Source: Proteromonas lacertae (lineage: Eukaryota). From it: a stretch of DNA of 64,000 nucleotides. Both the position numbers and the translations under genes were made by a program. Shown here piece by piece: positions 14,477 through 28,240 of this stretch; within the stretch, counting starts at the first letter, position 1; the number at the start of each line of letters is the position of its first letter. The notes under the pieces were generated by a model. That model did no database searches. It worked only from the letters and a program-made list of their open reading frames with translations, and was not told the origin of the DNA. The stretch is taken from NCBI GenBank assembly GCA_002245135.1, contig NGBS01000292.1, positions 496,001 to 560,000 of the forward strand, given 5' to 3'.

Positions 14477-14600
14477 TTGACGATTAGATTATATATATAC
14501 ATTTATTTATCTTATTGATTGACTTATTAACCAAAACATACAAAGACATATTAAAAAAAACATATACACAATAAATACAAGTAAATTAACACTCAAAAGA

Positions 14601-15400
14601 TTATATATTTAAACATTGAAAATTGACAACATCGAAATACATCTGAAAATGTGGATACAACAGCGGCAAATACACTGTATTATTTGAACAATAATCTAAG
14701 TGATTCTTATCCACAGTTTTCATATTCAAATAGATTAATGGCGAAGGAGGTCGAACTGTTAGTTTAAAATTGGGTATTGTTGATGATGTTAAAAACTCAT
14801 GCATTTTAGGAACTGTTATAGTAGATGGAGGAGGAAGGTGTAGTTTAATTGGTTTAATTAATAGATCTTTCAGTTCTTTTTCCAATTGGCTTGAAAATGT
14901 TGGTTTTAAGAACTGGTCCTCTTGTAATCTAATTGATCTATTGGTAGAATTATTAAGAAAATCATCTACAGAATTTTCTTCTTGTTTTTTACACTTCCTT
15001 GTTATTAATACAACAATAACTACTGCTATTCCTACTATTAACACTAAACCTAAAGGCAGTATTATGTCAAATGGAACAGCTGGTTCATTTTCTGTATCTG
15101 TTTCATTAGTTGAGGTATTAAAATTATCGCCATTGTCAACATTAATTCTGAGATGGTTATTTGATGTACTAAATCCAACAAATACTGATTGTACTGGAAT
15201 TTCGTAGGTGTTCTACGAACAACAATATATATTTCAAAGCAAAGGAAAATAAAGATGGGAATAGTCGATACAGTTTCTGTTTTACTTCTAAAAAAATAAA
15301 CTACCTAAATGATACTAGCAATTCCGTTAATAGGATCTTTAGACTGCACAAAAGATGAACACAAAAGCACAATTACTATCTCGAATGTCTTCAGCTTCAT
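14601..15400 (-). CDS. Small type I membrane protein (signal peptide, one TM helix, cytoplasmic tail)
   Basis: N-terminal MKLKTFEIVIVLLCSSFVQS signal; TM IILPLGLVLIVGIAVVIVVLIT followed by RKCKK. Confidence 0.6.
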
Positions 15401-15959
15401 TTGGAGAGAAAATAAATCTAACAAAAGCTTGAATCTCTACAAGCTTCTAAAAAAGTCATTTACAAATATACCATGTCAAATAATGCCAGAATTACCAAAA
15501 AATAGTGATTGAAATAAATATATAATTATCACATAATTCTAAATTAAATATAATTGTTGTTTTTAAAATCTTAGTTTGTTTTAAAAATAATATCTGTATT
15601 ATTAAAAAACAATTAAAACCCTTTAAACATATTATTCCTTTAATCACAACAACATGAATCCCATATTATAATAAAATAATATTTCATTTTATTAGAAAAT
15701 CTCTTTTTAAATATTTAACCAAAATACCAAAATTCTACCCCAAAATCAATCATTTTTTAAAAATCGTATTTAAAGAATATGAAGGGATTTAATTCACTTG
15801 TAATTATAATGTGTATAAATATTATAGTGTTATGAATTCATATAATTCCAATAGCATAAAAAATGGTAATAATAGAGTTATAAATTTTCACTAAGTATTG
15901 TATTGAAGAAAAATCACCAAAGGTTGGTATTAATTACAAATATTTGTATAAACATACTT

Positions 15960-16420
15960 TTATTATTTACATTATAAATAGAGAAGTGAAAATTGTTTGT
16001 TATTCAGCTATAGATGTATTTGAGATGAAAGAGATGAAAAAGGTGATTCAAAAGGTGTTTTCTCTATAATAGATTATTATTAGTATCACACGAATGAATT
16101 TCATTTTAATAAGTATAATATATATGGTGTTGTAGATAGAGGTATATATATAATAATTATAATTATATTGATATAGAAGAAGAGAGGCATTTAAAAACAA
16201 ATGAGGAAATGTTTATTGTTCTTTAAATAAGAATTTTGGTTATACAATTGCTAGAGGTGTGAAAAATTCTATTAATATGTGAAGAAATGATTAAATCATT
16301 TATTGATAGTTCATTCAATACACTAATTGATGAAATTAAAAGAATGAAATTAAAAGGAAATGAATATGAATATCAGAAAATAGTAATTAATATAAACTTA
16401 AACTAACAGAATTAAAAATT
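15960..16420 (+). pseudogene. Degenerate partial copy of the 17.3-17.7 kb segment of the downstream surface-protein gene
   Basis: GVFSIIDYY*YHTNEFHFNKYNIYGVVDR (in-frame TAG) aligns with SVLSIIGNYYYIFKNDELTLVKNEVNNVIDS. Both are followed by an intron at the same position and a related YCS...NF...I..G.K..IN exon. Confidence 0.55.
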
Positions 16421-16649
16421 ATATTGATGTTGTTTTAGGTAAATCTTATAATAGTTTCAGAAATAAATATTATACATAGAATATACATCTTAATAAATAT
16501 GTTAATACCCTATAATTGAAACTTATTAAGGAATATGACAGTTAAAAAGAAATATTCATTTTTCTATTATAAAATCTCTATTTAAAAAGAATATAAAAAT
16601 TTACCCCCTTCAGAATATTTCAAATTGGTAGTTATTACCTTTTTAGGTT

Positions 16650-19600
16650 ATGAAGAGATTCTATACACTTTTTGTTGTGTTATGTATGACTATTACGATA
16701 TTTTGAAATAGTAGTTGTGGTATTTGCCTCTTGTAATTCAATTAGAAGAGAAATTGACAATGACAACTCTACTGAAGCTGTAAAACAAGTCAGAAATCTT
16801 GAAGCTTGTTCTTCTAAATATTTCACTGAAAATGGTGTTTCTCTATCTAGGAATAATTTATTATTAGTTTTTAATAAGAATAAAATCTGTGAAATATCCA
16901 TTGCTATTAATGATGATGAAAAAGATCGTTTCAAATTTTGTTATGATAAACTCAGTAATGTGTTTGATAGATCAAATATTAACAGTGGTAGTGATAGTTA
17001 TCCTCAGATAATTTCTGTAAAATTTGACAATAAAACATCCATATACAGATTTGGTAAGGATAGTATTAAAAGCTTAACTAAGTTTTGCACTGAAGATAAT
17101 AAACCAAAGCCAAACACAGATTACAAAGAAAGTGATATGTCAAAGTTATGTGAAGAAGCTAAGACTAACTTTGACAATGCTATTAAAAAGCTATTTAAAT
17201 ATTCTGATATAGATGAAAGAGATGAATCAGAACTAAACAAATTAATGAATATGGGTTTGGATTTATACAAACCTGATATAAAGAATTTGATTGAAAAAAT
17301 ATGAAGAAGGAGAGATATCAGTTTTATCTATTATTGGTAATTATTATTATATATTTAAAAATGATGAATTAACTTTAGTTAAGAATGAGGTGAATAATGT
17401 TATTGATAGTGGTATAAATAATTAGATTATTATATTAATATAGAAGAAGCATAGATAATTGTTGTAACAGAGGAAGATGATGATTATTATTGTACAAAGA
17501 TACAAAGTGATGATGATGAATGTTATTGTTCTCGTAGTGATAATTTTGCTGGTATAATTGTAAATGGAATGAAACATCCAATTAATAGTATTCTATTTAT
17601 TATATATTGTTATTATAGGAAATGCCCAAGATGTTCAATATGAAGCAGAAGAGTTTATACAGAGGAATACAAAAAGAATTGTTGAAAGTTTAGATTTAAT
17701 TATTGATTTCGATGATATGTCTGAATGTAATAATCAAGAATTTGAGATGAATGAAGATGTATATCCACAAATGATAATTGGTACAATTAAAGGAACAGAT
17801 TATGGTGGATATTCTAAGAATGAAGGTATTTATATAACCAATGATTACTATGCAACTATTGATAAACAACAATCATCATATTATTATACTTATTTCAAAA
17901 GGATGATTTATAAGATTACAAAAATTACTGAGGTAAATAAATGTATTTTTATTATTATATTTATATAATTATTATAGGCTCAATAACAATTACTTTAGGT
18001 GATTTGGATTTAGAAAAGTCAATTGTTTATTTCTCAGATAATGTAAGAATTGATAACTACAAAGAATGTGGCTTAGAAGGAAAGTATTATAGTTGCATGT
18101 ATTAATAAATATATTATTTTACATATAGGGACATAAATGCAATGGGAAAAGAAGAATGTGGTGATATTAAAGATGTTTGTAGTTATGATAATATGAGAGG
18201 TCAATCTATTCCTGTCAGTGTAACAACAAAATCGATATTTGTTAATGGAAATCAGCTAGAAAGAGAAACATCAAAAGTAGTGAATGATTTATTAAATTCA
18301 GTGAATATTACATCGTTTGCTTTGCCATTTGGTAGTTCATTTATTTATAAGGATGAATATGAATATGGAGATATATATAAATATGTAGCAGGTAATATGG
18401 TTTTAGGATATATAGAAGAAGATGATTTAAGTGATTTCAGGCAAGATATAAGATGGTGAAAGTACATTCAAGACATAAATGTATTGAATTTTTTTCTATT
18501 ATTTTCTATTAATAGATTACTACTCTGAATATGATGGAGATAAATTCTTTAGACTTCTATCAAATAAAACAAAAGTATATAAATCATATTCAAACTATCC
18601 ATTTCTATTATCTGATGTAAGTGAAGTAGATATAAAGTTTATGAGTAGAGATTCTGTAATAAATGAATTTAGAAATAGAATCATATCAAATATGGAAAAA
18701 ATAATAAAAACTCCAATTCAAAAGAGATATATTACTGGTGTTTCTAAGAATATCATAAATTGTGGAGAGGATTGCGATTATTTATTCTTGATAGATAAGA
18801 AAAGATTTGCAGAAATATACTCTAAAAAGGCAAGTGATGATAGTTATGATACTTATAAAATTATTTATAACTATGAATTTGTTAATGACTATCCTTTTTA
18901 TATTAAAGTAGTAAGTATTGATGAAGAAAAATCCACATTTGTTTTATCCGAAAGAACATCAAATACCAAATATGGATGTATAGACACTTCAATTCATAAA
19001 TTAAATGAAAAAATATGTAACAAAGATATTAATAAAGAGATATTGTTAAATATCATACACCGTTCAATTTAACATATAGAAATAAAAAATTGTATTTTGA
19101 AGATGAAAATGGAGCGATCATACGATTATATGATTAGCTATCCTAGTAAAAAGGTAGAAAGAATGATTGATCAGCCATTAGAAACAAAACCAATATCATC
19201 TTTTTCATTTGAAAGATAGTGATTATTATGATTATGATTATCCTCAAATAATGAATATGGAAGGATTTACTCCAGCATTTCACTATTGACATTTTGACAA
19301 AAAGTGAAGGTAGTACAAAAATCATGCAAAGTAGATATAAAAGAAATCAAAGAATTCAAAGATGAAAAGAGTTATACAATACTGAAAACCACTGATGAAT
19401 CTACAATACTGAATTGTTTTATGGTTACATTTGATGATTATAATGTATATTGTGATGATAGAAAAGTGTATAATTGGCTGTTTGAAGTTTATAAATATGA
19501 CACTTCAATGAAAAAATATCCAAAAATTCGTATTGTTATAAATATATTTTATATTTGAATAGCAACTGATGATATCAATAAAAATATAACTGATTTTATA

Positions 19601-21334
19601 AGTGAATGTAAAAATTTCATACTAGAAGATGTTGAAGAATGTACAATTAATAAAATGAGAAATTTAGATGAAGTAATAAACAATAACAATGATAGTAAGA
19701 ATGTGAGAAAATTAGTTGATCCAGAAATTTCTGGTTATTATGAAGAACTAGATGGTGATTATAAGGGATATTTTATAACTCCTAATACATTTACTTATAT
19801 TTATAAAACTTTTAGCTGTTATAATCTTATCGATGGTAGCAGTTACAGTTATTGCGAAATTAAATTGGTATATGATATTACCATAGAACCAGAAACATAT
19901 GCTATTAAATGGGATAAGAGTGGAAGTGGATATAATGAAGCCAAGAGTTACATAAGAATAAAAGAAAATTATAGTCCAGAGATTACAAAAACATTAAATG
20001 ATTTTGAAGGAAGTTTAAATAATTTACCTAAGACTGATTTAATAACTATTTCAAAAGATTCAGAAAATAATATAAAAATCAAGATAGACGAGTCTAATGA
20101 ATATACTCTCTCACAAGAACCATCTTCCAAAGTAAATGAAATAGTAGAAATTATGTTTCCAATGAATAAAATAGAAGACTCTTTTAAGGATGATGAAATT
20201 ATTAGAGTTAATAACCAATATGTTAAAACAACCTACGAAAATAAATTAAAAATGAATATAGAATCAAAAAATATTAATTATGAAAGAGGTTACATAATTA
20301 TTGATATATATTATTATGTAGCTACTTCGCAAGGAATAAAAAGAATAACAACAAATCCTTCAAATTATTTCAAATATAGTGAGGTAAAAAATACGATAGT
20401 TGCTGCTGAAAAAATTACAAAAGATAAATTTGAAACATCATTAGAGGATTTAATAAAACCACTAAAAGATGAAAAAGATAAAATCAAATTAAAAAAGGGT
20501 AAAGATGATTATGCTAATTTACCACCAGAAGAGAGTGTTTATGAAGAAGTAGTTGAGTATTATCCTGGTAGTGTTGGAACAATAATAAATGAAAAAGATG
20601 ATGGTTTAAGTACAGGAGCATTAATAGGAATAATAGTAGCTTGTGTAGTAGTGTTTATCATAATAGTTGGAGTTATTGTCTACTTCACTTGTTGTAGAGG
20701 AAATAAAAGCAGTAGTGTAAAAGATAAAAAGAAGAAAGAAAAGAAGCAAAAGAAAGAAGATGTTGATGATGATAATGTTGTTGAAATTATTAGAACTCCA
20801 CAAAAGAGTGTAAATTCAAAGTCTAACATCACTCCAACCAGCAATAGAAATAAACCAAATCTAAATTTAACATCAAGTAACAATAGTAGCTTCAATTCAC
20901 ACAACAATAATAATAAGGATAGAATTACACCAAGTAGTAGAAGAACTCCAAGTAGTAGAAGAGTAATCCATACTCCAAATCAACAACCAGCATTAGCAAA
21001 TGAAACAAAGAAGGACAATGAAAGAAATATAGTTGAACCAACCTCTCCATTAAATTATGTTTCTGTTGATGAAAATGATAATAATAATGTGGCTAAGAAA
21101 GAAGAAGAAATACAACAACCAGAATCACCAACAAAACAAGAATTACCACAACAAACACAAGATGAAATACCAAAAGAAGAAGAAAAAATAGATGAGAAAG
21201 AAGAAAAGAAAGAAGAAGTAGAAGAACAACAAGCTGAAAAAGGAGAAGAGGTTGAGGGAGAAGCTATAGAAGAAGAAGATGAAGAAACTGCTAAAGAAGG
21301 TGGAGAAGAGAAAGGAGAGGTTGAACAACAATAA
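16650..21334 (+). CDS. Large type I cell-surface protein (signal peptide, roughly 1200-aa ectodomain, one TM, basic then acidic tail); several frameshifts
   Basis: Signal MKRFYTLFVVL(L)VVVFA; TM GLSTGALIGIIVACVVVFIIIVGVIVYFTCC followed by a KKKK stop-transfer. ORFs 16717-21334 are joined by short introns, with frame breaks near 17300 and 19060-19300. Confidence 0.65.
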
Positions 21335-21444
21335 TCTCATAATGTTATTTGCTTTTATATAGTCACTTCTATATCATTATCAATTCTTTTTTTTCAACAA
21401 AAACAATTAAAATTCAATAAATAAAAATTACAAATTCACATTAT

Positions 21445-21972
21445 TCATTGAGATTCTTCATCTACACTACTTCTCATAGCTCTAAGTTTCATAATATCTC
21501 TCATTTTACTACCAGCTCCAGCTGTTCTTGGTCTATGAGGTGAAATAACTTTAGTTGTAATATTATTATTATTATTATTATTACCTAATCCATCATCATC
21601 ATCTTCATTAACAATAGGTAAAGGTAAATCATTAAATATATTTGATTCAATCTTAAACGCTTTTAATTCAGCTAATAAAGAAGCACGATCAGTGTTGATT
21701 GTAGATGGAGCTGTAGGAATTACCTAAATAAATATAAATATAAATATAAAGATTATTTAATTATACTGATGGTGTTGTAGCTCTTCTTTTTCTAAGTCCC
21801 ATCACTGGATTTCCAACAATTGTACAATCCATTCCGTGTGTTAAATCACTACCAGTTGTTGGATCTCTATTGTGTTGATATTTACTATTATTATTATTAT
21901 TATTAGATATTGATTGTTGTTCTAAACCTAATGCAGTTCGTGGTCTTTCATAGATTTCTCTCATATGCTCCC

Positions 21973-22003
<31 letters not shown>

Positions 22004-22144
22004 TATATATACTCTTTATGTTGTGCTCTTTTAGTAGGTGATCCCATTATATGTTTACTTTTCATACTACTTGGCAAACATTGTTTGATCCCTTCAGCGA
22101 TCATTATTTCTTCTTCTACTTTCTCATCTAATTTACCATCTTTC

Positions 22145-22175
<31 letters not shown>

Positions 22176-22946
22176 CTGTTGGTATTATTATATCAGTTAT
22201 TACTGGTTGGTTTTCTCTTTCTTCACTAGTTATATCAATATCATCTAATACTTGTAATTGATTCACATAATTTACTATTAAACTACGGTAATTGGGAGTA
22301 GAAGCTACTGGATTTCCATCTAAATTAAGACATTGCAATGAATTGCATGATATTAATTGCAGCACTTCGTTTATATCTTTCACACCATTACTATCTAAAT
22401 CAATTAACTCTATTTTATCATGTAATGCTAATGGTGATAGTTCTATTATGTCATTAAATGATGCATATAACTCTCGTAGTTCTGGTATGGCTACTATTCC
22501 ATCTAATGACGTTAATCCACAACGATCAACCCATAATATGTGTAAATTGACTAAACCAATTCCTAAGTCTCGCAAAGAACCTATTACACTTCTTGATAGT
22601 TTTAGTTCTTTTAAATTGGGGAGTAATAATCCTATATTGTCTATGGCTTGTTCAAATGTGTCAAATTTTATTTCAAGTCTATCTATATTCATTAAATCAT
22701 TTTCATGAGTATAATCTCTCTATGCAATAAAGGAGTGACTAAATACTAGATTCTCTTCTGTTAAATTTAATTCAAACATTTCCTCTATTTCTCTCTCATC
22801 TGTTGGAATTGCTTCATCCGAATCCATTATAGGAGTGGGATTGCAATCATCGGGTATATCTCTTACTCTCACTGATACTAATGTAGGATCCTATAATATA
22901 AGCATGATGAAAAAATAAATATATGTACTTGTTCCTGATTAGACAT
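21445..22946 (-). CDS. LRRC56: LRRC56/ODA8-like leucine-rich repeat axonemal dynein maturation/transport factor
   Basis: LEIKFDTFEQAIDNIGLLLPNLKELKLSRSVIGSLRDLGIGLVNLHILWVDRCGLTSLDGIVAIPELRELYASFNDIIELSPL follows the LRRC56 signature (SLRDLG..L..L..LW..RCGL..LDG....L.ELYAS.N.I..LSPL). Confidence 0.85.
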
Positions 22947-23020
22947 CTGAGTATTTTTTAATTTAAAAAAACGATTTTGAAAATTCAAGCTTATTTCAAG
23001 CTCATTTTAAGAGAATCTTC

Positions 23021-25102
23021 ATGAAAATCGATAAAGAAATCATCAAGAACTACGATTTATTATCTTCGTATAATCTACTCTCCATTTTATACAATTATAG
23101 TTTATCAGAAGCTTATTCAAATCAACAATACTGTGATTGTGTTTTTATAATAGGCACTGAGAAGATCTATGGAATGAAAACTATCATGTCTTTACAGAGT
23201 GATTATTTTAAAGTGATGTTCAGAGATAATTTTTTAGAGAGTGGTTTATCAGAAATTCCAATAGAATGTAATGATATAAATGGTTTTAATTATATGATTC
23301 GATATATGCATGGCTTTAATGTATATATTATTATCTAATCAATCAATTATAGGTTGAATTAAATCAAGATTTAGCAATTAGTTTATATTTACTATCAGAC
23401 TTTTATGAAGTAAGGATGTTAACAAATATTTGTTTGGAATACATGAAAGAAAGAGTGAATAATGATTCCTGTTTAGGTTATTACTTATTTGCTGATCATT
23501 ATCATATCAATGATTTATTGGATATATGTATTGACTTTATACAGATAAACACAAAAGATTTCCTAATTAATAGTATTTATGTTATTATTATATTTATTTA
23601 TTTATGAATAGATTTAGTAGATATTCCATCCAGTTTATTAATAACAATTCTCAAATTTGATTATTTGTCAATTCCATCAGAATCTTATTTAATTAATATA
23701 ATATTAGATTGGTATGAAAAACACAATTGTCAATCTGAAGATAATATTGTACTTTATGAATTTTTGAATAATTTAAGATGGGATACAATTCCGTTGAAAA
23801 TAATCCAAAATCATACAAGACTTACACATATAGTAACAAAGAAATGGTTAAACGACTTAGTAAATTATAAGAATGGAGAAAATGATAATTTTTTAGTTGG
23901 ATATAATAAGACTGGAAGAAGATCGACTAAAACTACAGGATTATTAAGTAGTAATAGTATATCACAAGTGTTTAAAGTATTGGATGTAAAGAGTATATAA
24001 TATATATTATTATTATTATTATTATTAGATATATTTTCAAGTTCAATTGAAATGATTGATAGTGTAGATTGTCCAGAAGATAGTGATGTATATTTGAATA
24101 GGAATAGTACAACTGTCTATATGTATAAAAAAAATATATAATATATTTTTGGTGTTATAATTTTAATATAGAAGTGAAAATCATCAAGAAATTTATGTTC
24201 ATACTACAGATGATTATTTATTTGTATATTTCTATTATATTTATTTTTTTATCTATATATATAGTCTTTACCAACACCATTCACTGTTAGTAATTTACCA
24301 TCTTTATTTGATCAACATCGATTATATATAGTAGAAAATCCAGATCAAGGTTTACACTTCTCCTATTTGAATTTAGTAACAATGACATATATTGATTTGA
24401 AATCATTACCAGAAGGAGTAAGAATATTGGATAAAAGTAGATGTTGTATTCAAAATAACAATATTTACTATTTATCAACATCATCAGAAAGACAATTATT
24501 ACAATATAATATAAGTGAAAATGAATGGAAAGAAATCCCATTATCTACACATTTTAGTAATGGAGAGTTACTATCTGATCCAGTAAATCCAAATTTATTA
24601 TGGATTACTTCACGAAGAACAGTTGTTGAAGGTAAAGTTGGAGTAAGTTTACAACTGTCAATATGGAAATATGATATAAAACAGTATATTTAGAAATGTT
24701 TATTGTAGTAATGAATTAACCAAAATAAAGAATCATAAAACATCTGTAACAATTGATGATGATGATGATGAGAAAGTGATAGAAACATCTCCATTTTCCA
24801 TGATATTTGAAACGTATATATTTTTGAAACAATTGTGTGTATTTTTTGAATAGAAATAATAAGAAACAGAATATATGTGTAATTGCAACTAATTCATATG
24901 GTGAATTCTATTTGTTTGTACCTGAAGATGGTAAAGTAGAACAATTGGCTTGGCCAAAAATGGATCATTTAATAATGTATGACTATGATCAGAATACAAT
25001 AGTTTATATTAGCAGTGAAGTATATATTGATATTGATTATATCGTCTTTAGGGATCTTGTAGTGGATGGATGGCTGTTCAATTGCCAATGAAGGAATTGT
25101 AG
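23021..25102 (+). CDS. BTB/POZ-BACK protein with a C-terminal beta-rich (Kelch-like) region
   Basis: BTB: YCDCVFIIGTEKIYGMKTIMSLQSDYFKVMF...FLESG. BACK: CLGYYLFADHYHINDLLDICIDFI and SESYLINIILDW. Confidence 0.85.
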
Positions 25103-25285
25103 ATGTAATTTTGTTGATATTATTATTACTATTAGCTTTTTATTTGTCTCTATGTGTTTAGAATCTATAATAATACAAAATCTCAAAAATCAATTTTCTA
25201 ATCCTAAACAAACACAAAATAATGAATTAACTATATATTAAAAAAAAGCATATATAAAAAAATGGAAAAAAAAACTTGAAGTAAT

Positions 25286-27762
25286 CTAATATGGGTGTTT
25301 TGCAGTCATTTTCTTAATCTCCTTTCTTCTTTGTTGTGCTCTCTCTAAAGCAGTCATATTTCTATCATATGATTGTGATTCAGTGGTTGTAGCATATCTT
25401 CCTTCAGCATTATCCATCAACACTGGTTGAGTCCAAGCTTCACCAGTCTTTGGTTTTTGATTCTTAAAATCTCTGAAACATTCAACCCATTTCTTAGCAA
25501 CATGATCAACATTCTCACCTTCTACTTTGAAATGAACTCTTCTTTCAACTTCACCTGGTTCAAATGTCTTTAAGTTTGATTCATTGATCTTTAATATTAA
25601 TGTGAAATCATTAGCACCATCACTATATTCAATACCACTGTAACAACTTAATGGAATACTTTGTTTCTCATCAATATATACTTTACCATAATAACTAGGA
25701 ACCATTGAATCATAGATTCTCAAAACAGCTGGTTCAAAGTATAATACACAATATCTTCGTTGATATTTATCTACTATTCTATCTCTTCCTTCTTTGAGTA
25801 AATATCCTTCCATTATTACTTCATAACTAAATGGTTTGTAAATATCATCTTCAGTAATCTTATTCTCTTGTTTCACTTGTTCTATTGGAACTGTAGTTTC
25901 CATGATCTTTTCAGCTTTTTGTTGTTTGGATTGTTTCATTGATTTACTAATGTTCATATAGGCTACTACTCCTACTATTGCTAATATAATTACCACCACT
26001 AACACAATGATTAATATCACATACCAATACTCCTCTGCCCATGGCTTATCATCTTCTGTTGTTGTAATTGATGGAGTAGGAGCTACATCATTCATATCGA
26101 CAGTAAAATCACTTGAAATACCAACTGAATAATCAATAGTATTTCCACTTTCTACGGCAAGTTTAGCAGTTTCTGCAACTTTTGTTTTTAAATCAGCTTT
26201 TATTCCTGTAGTTTCAATTTGTTCCTTAATTTCTGGTGGAAGTAGTTTTATTTTTTCTTCTACTTCTGCTTCATTAGTAGCGTCTAATACAGATAATAAA
26301 CTCTTAGCAAAATCATAATCATTTAATTGAACTTTTGGAGGTTCTTGATTCTGTAATTGTCTAGATTTAGGTTGTGTGGATTGTTTAATATTCATTGGAA
26401 TATATATTTTCTTCTGATTTGTTGGTTCAAGAACAACACTGTAAATATAATTAGTATGTTGAAACATCAAATCAATAAGATTTTTATAAGATGTAAATAA
26501 TTGTGGTTCAACCTTATTAACAAATGTAACAACTGAAGTTAAATTCTTACACATTGCTCCTCCTTCAACATCCTTTCTTTCACAACACACGCCCATTCCA
26601 TCTCTTTGATTAATAGGACAAGCTGCTGCTTCTTTTTCACCTGCAATTTCTACACCACCATAATCAAACGTATGCAATGAATTTGAAAATTTAAAAGATA
26701 ATGTATTATTTTCTTCATTTTCAGTTGTTACATTCAAATTGGTATAAGGAAAATAAGTATCATTTTTAACTGATAATTCACTATCTTCATTAGCTAAATT
26801 ATATCCTGTAGTATTAACACTTATTGTCAATGTTAATTCATCTCTTACTAGATTATCTTCTCCCGTTATTAATGGATATTTTAATACTAATTTAGCATCA
26901 AACTCTTCATTTGGATATATTTTCATAGGAAATGATGTTAATGATTTATCAATTGTTGGTTTATATTCAGCAACTTGATATAAATAATAACCATTTGCAT
27001 TTTTATAACCATCTTTACTACATTGAACAACACATTTAACAACACCATCAGTTTCTTTTGAAATGTCAATAGTAATATTACCTTCATTATCAACCGTACA
27101 ATTACCTGATTGTATGTTATAAGATATACCAGTTTCATTATTATTGGTATTAATTGTCTTTCTACCTGAATCTTTTTTATATACTTTCTTTGGTGGATAT
27201 TTACATTGAACCGGTTGTAATGCAGGTGTTGTTCCTGTTGGAGCTGTTGATCCTTCTTCTGATGTAGCATCTGGATCTGTTGTTGCTAATGTTGTTGTTG
27301 CTGGAGTTGTTGTTGTTACAGGTGTGGTTGTTGTTTCTTCTACAGTTTCACCTGATTCTGGTGTTTCATTAGTGGTAGTAGTTGTAGCAGGGGTAGTTGT
27401 TGTTATTGGTGTTGTAGTTGTTTCTTCTGATGTAGAATCAGGATCTGGTGTATCATTATCTGTTGTTGGCTTTGCTGTTGTTGGTTTTGTAGTAATTACA
27501 TCTTCAGTTTCTTCATCAGGTGTAGGAGTATCATCATCAGATTCTTTTCTATAATTTACTATAAAATACAGTAAAATACAAATCAATCAAGTCTTGTCCA
27601 TCTCCTTCTTTCAATAAGTTGGGTTTGTATGCTTTTCTCAAGTGAATCTTTTCACTATCACCATTTGATGTGACGGCAAGACACAAATTTATAGTTATGA
27701 GTACTATAAGATAATACTAACAATATAATACAACTAATAAGAGCGATTAAAGTGATCTTCAT
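25286..27762 (-). CDS. Type I membrane protein: signal peptide, Thr-rich mucin-like stalk, Cys-containing ectodomain, TM, cytoplasmic PH domain
   Basis: Spliced N-terminus MKITLIALIILITINLCLA; TTTP repeats; TM YWYVILIIVLVVVIILAIVGVVAYM; PH domain VIMEGYLLKEG...YQRRYCVL...LRIYDS...HFKVE...AKKWVECF. Confidence 0.8.
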
Positions 27763-28240
27763 GCTTAATTTTCGAATTATTCGATCAGTTAAAAATGCCA
27801 ATCAAAAAGTTTCAGTTGGCATTTTATGTATTTTTTTGCTTTGTCAATCTCCTATAGATCTATATGAGATAATAATCATTATATAGTAATGCTATAATTT
27901 TGTTTTATCATTATAGAAGATAATATGAGTTAAAAGTTCAATATTTGGAGAAATAGCGGATTAGGAAATAATAGACTGATTAAAGTGTATATCTACTCGT
28001 AAAATTAAAAATTAATTTCATTAGACCTATAATATTCATTATGTAAAATTATTCAGTTTACATCTTCTCTATATCTTTAGTTTATACCTATTTATGGTGA
28101 TTATATATTTTATACTAACTAGAAAAGCAAAAATAAATGTTGTACACAGACATTTATCCATATGACGTGTTAATCATTTCGTTTAAACATAACATAATAA
28201 CATATAATAATAAAATATATAATAATTAAAAGCATCTAAA

